A stretch of DNA of 64,000 nt from Octopus vulgaris. Lineage: Eukaryota. The notes below the pieces were generated by a model that did not search any database, had not been told where the DNA came from, and worked only from the letters and a program-made list of their open reading frames with translations. The position numbers were made by a program, and so were the translations under genes. Below are positions 55,894 to 64,000 of this stretch, in pieces (the stretch's first letter is position 1; every line of letters begins with the position of its first letter). The DNA lies in assembly GCA_951406725.2 (NCBI GenBank), contig OX597819.1:79856001-79920000 (forward strand), read 5' to 3'.

Positions 55894-56532
55894 TCAAGGC
55901 CGTAATTTTCGGTCGCTAGACCAGACTGTACCCTTCAGTATAGCATTTCGTTTCATGTTGCTCCTATATACTCAGTTTAAAATAAATACTAAACACAGCT
56001 TCGGGTTAACCGTACCTCAGACTGGAGTCCTATGCAGTTGGTGATATTGGCCATTTCCTCGCTTATACGCCATGGAAACCTACAATCTCTGGCCTAAGAA
56101 TCATAATCACATCACTGTTCAGCTGTGGTATTTCTCGCAATATATCAGTGATGTTAAAAATACATGGCTGATGATATGCAAAGGATAACTGCGTATCTTC
56201 TTCAGATATCTTTCACATGAAGATATGCGAGTGTCTGCATATTTTCAAGGATATATTCATTCTACATATAAAACGAATACATAAGTCGGTATTCATATAC
56301 TTTATGTAGTGAAACAAAATTTAATTCACAGAGATAAGCGAAGAATACAAAAGAAAAAGAAATAGAAAAATAATACAAAACATTTAAAAAGTCAGTTCCT
56401 AATTTATTTAAAGCAAAGGGACGCAATATTGATGTTGAAATGAAAGTTTTAAGAATAATTAAAAATAGAATGCAGTAATGTGGTGAAGAATGGGGGTTGA
56501 TGTGTATGTGCCCGTGTGTTTATATGTGTATA

Positions 56533-56575
<43 letters not shown>

Positions 56576-56624
56576 TACATACACACACACACACATATAT
56601 ATATATACATATACATATATATAC

Positions 56625-56684
<60 letters not shown>

Positions 56685-58804
56685 CGGTGTCAAGTTTTAC
56701 AATTCTGTAAATAATAATAATAGCCTTAAAGCTTATATCGATCTCCGTGCAAATGACTAAGGAAAATAGTTTAATAAAGGGGCATACAAGCCCTCAACAG
56801 AAAAATTTAGGCTTTCCCGTACATACATACACACACACACACACACATATATGTAAATATATGTGTATGTGAATGCGTATGAGAGCTGGTGTATGTCTGT
56901 GTGTAATTTTTGTGAACAAATATTAGCTGGCGTGACAACCTGAAAAAAATTAATTAAAGATACACTTAGGGCATCATCTGAATGAAAAATAATAAATAAC
57001 TAAATAAATAAATAAATTGTGACTCACAGAATGAAGACCTGGCAGCAATGGTAAGATCTGGCTTAGCTGAAAAGGTCTAATAAGTGTGAGATATGTCCAG
57101 AGTTCTCACTGTACTGTGCCCTAACATATATGCAAGTACACACTCAAACACGTGCACACATACGCATATTCATACATACGCAGAAAGACAGTCTACCATT
57201 CTATATTTTAATTAAGTTTATTCAGTTTAAATGCTGGAGTAGCGTTTGTCATTAACCAAATGGTTTTACTACTCTTCGCTTCTGCTGTAGTATTAAATGA
57301 TTAAAACCTCTTGGTTCACTAACTTAAGTATGGTAGCATGGACTTAACTAGTTTTCCAAACAGAAAGCGTCCCTTGGCAGCTTCACCGTACATGTACTTT
57401 TGCAGAGATCGACCATTGCTGCTGACTTGTGGAATTGTGTGGAAAAATTTGCTGTCGTGTATGGAACGCGTCTGGCTAGAAGCCGACACCATTGTAAAGA
57501 TCGCCTGCCATTTTCTCTTGGCTGAAATAACAGGCAGTACTTCGCTGCTTGGTGTCTATGACAGAAGAGATTCGGCCGAAAGACTGGCCGAGCATGACTT
57601 TTCGAGTTATGCATAAATATATGTAAGCTACAGATAGGTGATTTCACTATCGCTGACATTCTTTGAAGTGTTATAAACAATTTCTAAGTTAATAAAGTGC
57701 TCATTAGTAATTCATTGCGTTTTTTTTCTTACACTATACTACAAGTATTATCTGAACTTTGAAGTTAATGTTTATTATTCTAGGGAATAATAAATATTAA
57801 CTCCAAGTCCTAAATCCGTAATGTCACTGACTATATTATAATTCACGTGAAACCAAGATTTCATCGTCTTTTCGATTTATAAATTTCTAGCCCCAGGTTC
57901 TACTGTACCATCAACAGTATAAACTTTATTTCTGTGTGATGTCTATTTTTTTAATTCAAGATCTCTTATTATCTATTTCCATCACTCAATCTATTTAGAT
58001 ATTTATAACTAAGGCAGACTAATAATTATTTATGAAGCTTTGTTGAATTTCTGACAACGTTGTTTGGATTGATGCTCTATCTTCCGAGTCCGTAATAACA
58101 ATCGCATCGTCGTATTCCTTTGGGTAATCTAGATTCTTGTATGACAATTAAAGAAGTATTTCTCGTAAATATCAAGCTGTTACTTTTAGTATTGTTTAGC
58201 CTCTAGGCTAGCTGTAACAGATCAAAACGGTGTCGGCCGTGACCGTCCCATTTCTTTGTATTATCGGTATTAGTACATAGTATTATGACTGATGAGAGTG
58301 AGAGATGAAAAGATAGATAGATAGAGAAAGAGAGAGGGGGAGTTCTGACCGAAGGCCTGATGCGTATATTTATTGTGAACTTCCTTAAAGGAACCCAGTA
58401 ACCAGGTGGTGGTGTTAAACCGAATGAAAATTAAAAACAACAGCCCGAGGACATGTACAGTTTATACGACGAGTTTTGTCTCAGGTTCTGTCTGTTAGAT
58501 TTCACTGGTAATCCTTTGCCTGACCAGGAGATATTATAAATCACATACGTGTTCAGTTTGACACAAACAAGAATCGAACCGAGACCAAAGTGATTGTTAA
58601 GTAAAATCGTTAACTACGTGACTGCTTGCTCCCCATTGTTGGCTTGTAAATTTCAAATTGTTACTTTTATCGCATTTGAAAGACACATGATTAATAAACT
58701 GTGGTAGAAGGATTCCAATCACCCGCGAAGTGACTAAAAGGTGGACTGACTTATTGTTATAAAACAAAGAACTGTGAGCGATTGGCAGTCCCGGTTGGTA
58801 AGCA

Positions 58805-60237
58805 ATCGTTGAGAGTTCGCTTTTTTTGGCGTTTGGTCGTTGTTTGATCTCTGTTGGACGTGGGTCGCATTGTTGATTGGTTGTTGAGGGTCTCCCGTAC
58901 GGGTGGACCTAGTTGTTGAGCCTTGTTGTTGAATTGTTGGTTGCTGTTTTTTGCCTTTGTAGTTGTATTTCGTTTTTTTCCCTAGTTGTGAGTGAGGGGT
59001 GGAGGAGAAATGGAGAGCGAACCGGTTCCAACCTGCAGCTGTGCTTCAGCCACTGGAGGGGGCTTGACGGCTGACGTGTTGCAGGTGCGAGAGATGGGGA
59101 TGGACCGGAGGAGGTTGAAAGAGTTCAGCAGACTCGCGGAGAGGGATGGAGCCGTTTTGGGCAGGCACCACCAGGGGATTTAGCAGTAGGCGTGATGTGT
59201 GGAGCGCTGTCCGTGACATCGAGAGGAATGGAGGTGACCACGGTGGGGGCTGTAGAGGAGTGCTTGGAGGAGGTGGGAAGCCCCGCAACATTTTGCACGA
59301 GAGGGGGAAGTGCGGCACAGTGGAGGTGGGGTTCGCTAGTGAACAAGAAGCGATGAACCGCCCCACTGAAACGCTGGGGACGCCGGAGTGGGTGCTTCTG
59401 TCGACTTGCTGTGGCAAGCGAGAGGCCAGGGTGAGGATTGAAACACGACGAAGTTGTAGAGAAACAGAAGCACCAGGGTGAAGGACAGGAGTAAAATGCC
59501 GAAGCGACAAACCCAGTATGTGAGGAGTGTCTATAGAAGGTGGAGGATAAGTATACGGTTGTGAATAGGAAGAAGAAAAGGAAAGAAAACGTGGAATCAC
59601 CGCCAAAGAGTCCACTAAAGAAAAGAAAGGAGAGTAAAGAAGAAGCACAACAAGAGATACCAACAACATCAAAGGAAGCCAACGCGGAAAACAAGTGGGA
59701 CTACAGAAACAAACAAATGAAAAAGAACCAAAGCATAAAGGGCATATGGTAACATATGCGAAAAGTACAGAGATAGAGAAGGAAATCACAAAAATGAAAA
59801 CAGTTATAAGATTGAAATTAGCGACGGAATAATATCCAGAAAGCACCAAAGCAATAATTATTGACGACGAGAGATGTGAAAAACTACGAGAACTGTCCGG
59901 AAATAAGATAGACCCAACGGGAGTACGCGTCGAGTTCGACGACTTGCCGCCAGTAATAGAATACGACGACCTGTTGCCGTACACAAAATGGTGAAAAAAA
60001 AAGTGAGTAAAATTTAAAAAATTTTAAATGACTGTATGAACAGATGCAAAAAGAAAAAAAAAGAGGGGAAAAGAAGAACTGATTTATAAACGTTAAACGT
60101 AAAACATTTAAATGATACTGCCTGCGAGTGTGGAGCAGGCAAGCCATTTCATTCGTTCGTTCCGTGTTTCTTGTCCCCACTGTGGGGTTTTGTCTGTCTT
60201 TGTGCTGTCCCCTCTGTGTGCCAAAATAAAGAATCAT
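58805..60237 (+). mobile_element. ORF1-only Tx1/L1-like element (HAL1-like) with a 14-bp TSD
   Basis: CCGGTTGGTAAGCA at 58791-58804 and CCGGTTGGCAAGCA at 60238-60251. GT-rich 5' UTR, then a broken ORF at ~59010-59994 (..GTVEVGFASEQEA..WVLLSTCCGKREARVRI..; K/E-rich middle; ..EYDDLLPYTKW*). The 3' UTR has a ccccactgtgggg hairpin and AATAAA. No RT motifs. Confidence 0.7.
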
Positions 60238-61221
60238 CCGGTTGGCAAGCAGTTCAGTATGAGCTGTGACAGAGAGCGTTGAGTCTCGTGTAATAGAAAT
60301 TGTAGAACGTATTTTAAATAGTTTCTCTGCCCCTGCTTCGTTAAACTATATATCCAGCATATCAAGAATATAAATTAAACGTACAGTGTAAGGGAGAGAA
60401 GGTAATACAACATAAACTGAAGATTGAAAAGGATTCTACAAAGAACAGTTGATGAGAAGGAAATATGCATTCTGCGCTTTTTAGTGTAAACCAAATTCAA
60501 AATATACGACTGATAAATGTTATACCTGGAACACAGAACATCAATATCGGAATGAGATCAACGATTAGTCTAACAGATAATTGGTTTCACCAGTAGACTG
60601 TTGAGTTACTGAACGAAAATTACCACGTAAGTAGTACTATAACCAGCAATATGACATTTACGTTTCAATTCTAGATAATTAATTATATCTCGTCGGTTCG
60701 TTTTGATTTTCCTATCAATCTGGACAGCTATATTGAAGACGATTGCGACGGACCATTGTTATATAACGTGTTTGGTACACTATTGGAATAGATGGCGAAT
60801 CAGAAAATCGAAACACTAAAAAGAAGCAGAGAACGAAAACAAAGGTATAAAAAATACTTTGTTGTTGCTGTTGTCGTCGTTGCTGTAATAGTCATCGTAG
60901 TAATAGCAGCAAAAGGTGGTGTTGGTGGTGGTTGTAGTAGTAGTAGTGGTAGTAGGAGTAGTTGGATTTGTTGGACAAGATTTTATCTAGTAATTCATTC
61001 CGTCGTTGCTGACGGTTTCTTGCATTTCAGCTGTGACCAAGTTCTCTTCTTTTTTTATTTCTGTATAATATACACCTAGTACTAAAGTAAGCCGTATGGC
61101 CTTCCCGTATCTTTAAAAACAAAGACAGCGTGATATTTTAGAGAGATTTGGTTGCCATATCTAGCATTCGGGGACGACAAGTAGAAAAACTATCGTTATC
61201 TATCTATACTTCACAGTACCT

Positions 61222-61347
61222 TTTGATCCCGAAAGGATGAACGGCAAAGTCGACGTTGGTGAAAGTTGAACTCAGAACGTTAAGAGAGACGGAATTTCGC
61301 TATGTATTTCGCCCGACTGGCTAACGTTTCTGCCAGCTTGTCGCCCT
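61222..61347 (-). mobile_element. Meta-type SINE, partial
   Basis: gatcccgaaaggatgaacggcaaagtcgac..ttgaactcagaacg. Confidence 0.85.
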
Positions 61348-62049
61348 ACTACACAGCAGAATATTACGATATTGTAATTCATTGTAGAATTATGGAATTA
61401 GGCTCATCGTTAATTTACCTACTGAAAATAATATTCCGGGCAGCATATCTTGAAATGTGGCCTCAAATATTAATATGTCACGCACGAACTATGTGTGAAT
61501 GTATGTATGTATGTATGTATGTATGTATGTATGTATGTATGTATGTATGTATGTATGTATGTTTGTATGTATGTATGTATGTATGTATGTATGTATGTAC
61601 GTACGTATGTGTATGTATGTGTATGTATGTATGTACATATGTGTGTGTATGTGTGTGTATGTATGTATGTATGTATGTATGTATGTATGTATGTATGTAT
61701 GTATGTTCACTTCTGTTTTTACTTTTTCAAATTCTTCCTTTGTGTAAGCAGATGGTTTCTAAGAAAAATACAAATCTCCATCGATCGAATGTTGATAAGA
61801 AAAACAATATCATATTTTAAACCTACAAAAATTCTTACATATTTTTACTGCTACACTTACAGATTGTATTTGTAATGCGTGAAAACCCTAACTTATCCAG
61901 CTTATCCTAGGCATTTACCTTGGAAACCAAGTACACTAATTAATATGGATATAAATGTGAATTCATAATCTTGATATAGAAGCTAAAGGTTTCCAAAAAT
62001 ATGTTCATAATTGCTCTTTTTGTCTTAGATTTTCAAAGCGATATTCACA

Positions 62050-62880
62050 TCAGCACGACAGCTGAACTCTATGACCGTACATACTTTTCCGTGTCAGTCC
62101 CAAATAATAATATCCTGCCTGTTATATTTACATTACAGAATTTGTGATGGGAATGCTCCCCTAGTTTTCCTTATGTTGGTTTCCGTGTATGTATTCAATA
62201 ACAGGGGGATTCTCTATATTCATTTCAAAACTGTTTTTTCAAATTGCATTGTATATTGTTTTCGCGACACCATCGTATCTCATTGGGAGGTAGTACTTTG
62301 ATGACATTTTTGGGCAGCTGCTAATCGCAGTTTCCATAGATATATGACATAATCTACATTTTTGGCTGCATCATGATGCTCCAAGGGTTTCTCTACTCTT
62401 TTGTTTACAAGACATTCCATGGCAACTTCTTGTTTTGGATTGCAAATGTATTGCCTTCGAAGTGTGAAATGTTGTAGCGGTCATGAATCGATATATCTGT
62501 CTTCTTCAAACTTTCACGAAATATACCCATGCATAGTCATCTTTGGGTATGCTGAGCGTTTCACATCCAGTTCTTCTTTGAGGTATATTAGTCCGATTGT
62601 TTTAGAGTTGTATGGTAAACTTCCGACACGTGGGAGATTGTTCTCTTCCCTTTCCAGCACTAAGTTAATGTATTAATTTTTGATACTGTTGTTTAGCAAG
62701 TGCAGTCCAAGAGAGACTATATGACATTCAAAGGCTGTCTGCACAGATCGCAAACCTCTACTTCCTTCATCTCTTCTGAGGTAGAGCCAGTTGGTATCAG
62801 TTTTTCTGTGGAGAGTTCCAATTGATGTCACAATCTTGCGATTTTTAACATCTATGGAGAGGATTTCCTCTACAGACCAT
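62050..62880 (-). pseudogene. Decayed R4/Dong-like (RLE-type) non-LTR retrotransposon, post-RT region
   Basis: GTLHRKTDTNWLYLRRDEGSRGLRSV (LYLxRxxGGRGL motif), FEGNTFAIQ and PKMSSKYYLPMRYDGVAKT. Confidence 0.8.
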
Positions 62881-63086
62881 GTATGTATGTATAAATGTAT
62901 GTATGTATGTATGTATGTATGTATGTATGTATGTATGTATGTATGTATGTATGTGTGTGCATGTGTGTATCTATAGATACATACATGCATACGTAAACAT
63001 ATACATATATATCTATATGTATATATATATATATATATGTATAATTATATGAAATATACATTATATAAATACACACACATACACAC

Positions 63087-63521
63087 TAGCAAGTAATGTT
63101 CATAGCCACTTCAACATGGCTGTTCCGTTCGAACGGACTTTACTGCGATTTTTTAACCCCAAGAGGACATCTCCGCTAGCTGGTTAACGATACACAGCTG
63201 CATCCGATATATTGTGAGCAGGGGCACGAACCTCTACTACCTTCTTGAATTTATATCTATTGTGAGTACAGATAAGCTACCGCCATCTCTTGAAAACGCG
63301 GTATCCCTTACTGAAGAAAGGCAGAAATAGCCCGAACCAGATTGGTATGCTGGTCCCGTCACTAGAAGGTGGTAGGGGTTCGTTTCCCTGCTCGCAATTT
63401 ATCGGATGTAGCCGTGCATCGTTAACCAGCTAGAGATGTCCTTTTGGGATAAAAAAAAATCGCAGTAAAGTCCGTTCGAACAGAACAGCCATGTTGAAGT
63501 ATGTACGAAAATTACTTGCTA
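63087..63521. mobile_element. 435-bp fold-back element (~158-bp arms) with a hammerhead-like relic in the spacer
   Basis: 63087-63245 is the reverse complement of 63364-63521. The spacer has CTGAAGA-AA-GGC-AGAAATA-GCC-CGAAC at 63311-63337. Confidence 0.8.
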
Positions 63522-63576
<55 letters not shown>

Positions 63577-63611
63577 ACACACACACACACACACACACAC
63601 ATGCATATATA

Positions 63612-64000
63612 CAGGGGTTGGGCAAAATAATGAAAACACCTAGCATCATAGCATCGTAATTTTGAAATATCTATAAAACCGTCAAAAGCTTGTCTAATTT
63701 TATGTTTTTTGATTTATTGTTGGTGTTGCTTAATATGTTTTGCTAAAATTGCTGTTTCTTTTCAGATATCATCAGAAAAAGGCAATTAAAATTTATTAAA
63801 ACAACAGATCTATCGGACTTTCAAAGAGATCAAATTGTTGGTGCTCGTATAGCAGGCGCTAGCGTAACGAAATCAGCCGAAATGTTTTGTGTATCAAGAG
63901 GTGCTATCTCAAAATTAATGACAGCCTTTAAGAAAGGGGGAAAAAACCTCGTTGAAACAAAACTCCGGAAGAAAACCGTCGGAACATTACGCGAATTTTT
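63612..64000 (+). mobile_element. 5' part of a Tc1 transposon, running off the window
   Basis: TA plus TIR caggggttgggcaaaataatgaaaacacc. Translation DLSDFQRDQIVGARIAGASVTKSAEMFCVSRGAISKLM (paired-like HTH). Confidence 0.9.

Noticed and set aside
59046-59984. 312-aa minus-strand ORF
   Set aside because: Antisense shadow of the purine-rich plus-strand ORF1-like sequence.

Overview
Eukaryotic, AT-rich DNA saturated with microsatellites and repeats. No intact protein-coding gene is recognisable. The SINE families and the (TA)n/(TATG)n/(AGAT)n/(TAA)n load suggest a coleoid cephalopod, probably Octopus (inference). Almost all ORFs in the supplied track are microsatellite artefacts. The real content is a layered set of mobile-element remnants. 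These include three GIY-YIG endonuclease remnants of Penelope-like elements (PLEs), CR1-, Tx1- and R4/Dong-like LINE pieces, Tc1, mariner, DD37D and pogo transposase relics, Helitron/Helentron-type non-autonomous elements and many tRNA-derived SINEs. The most striking signal is a set of small non-coding elements carrying hammerhead-ribozyme motifs. (i) A 639-bp element at 19430-20068 has identical 179-bp direct repeats, sits in (TA)n and contains a fully paired type I hammerhead, so it resembles a retrozyme with a 460-nt unit. (ii) Two ~250-bp fold-back elements carry hammerhead motifs and 12-bp target-site duplications (TSDs). (iii) Several more fold-backs and (TA)n-anchored ends carry minimal or decayed hammerhead cores. 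Also present are a TSD-bounded ORF1-only Tx1-like element and a few candidate small exons. All alignments, folds and family assignments were made by eye, so boundaries of degenerate repeats are approximate.
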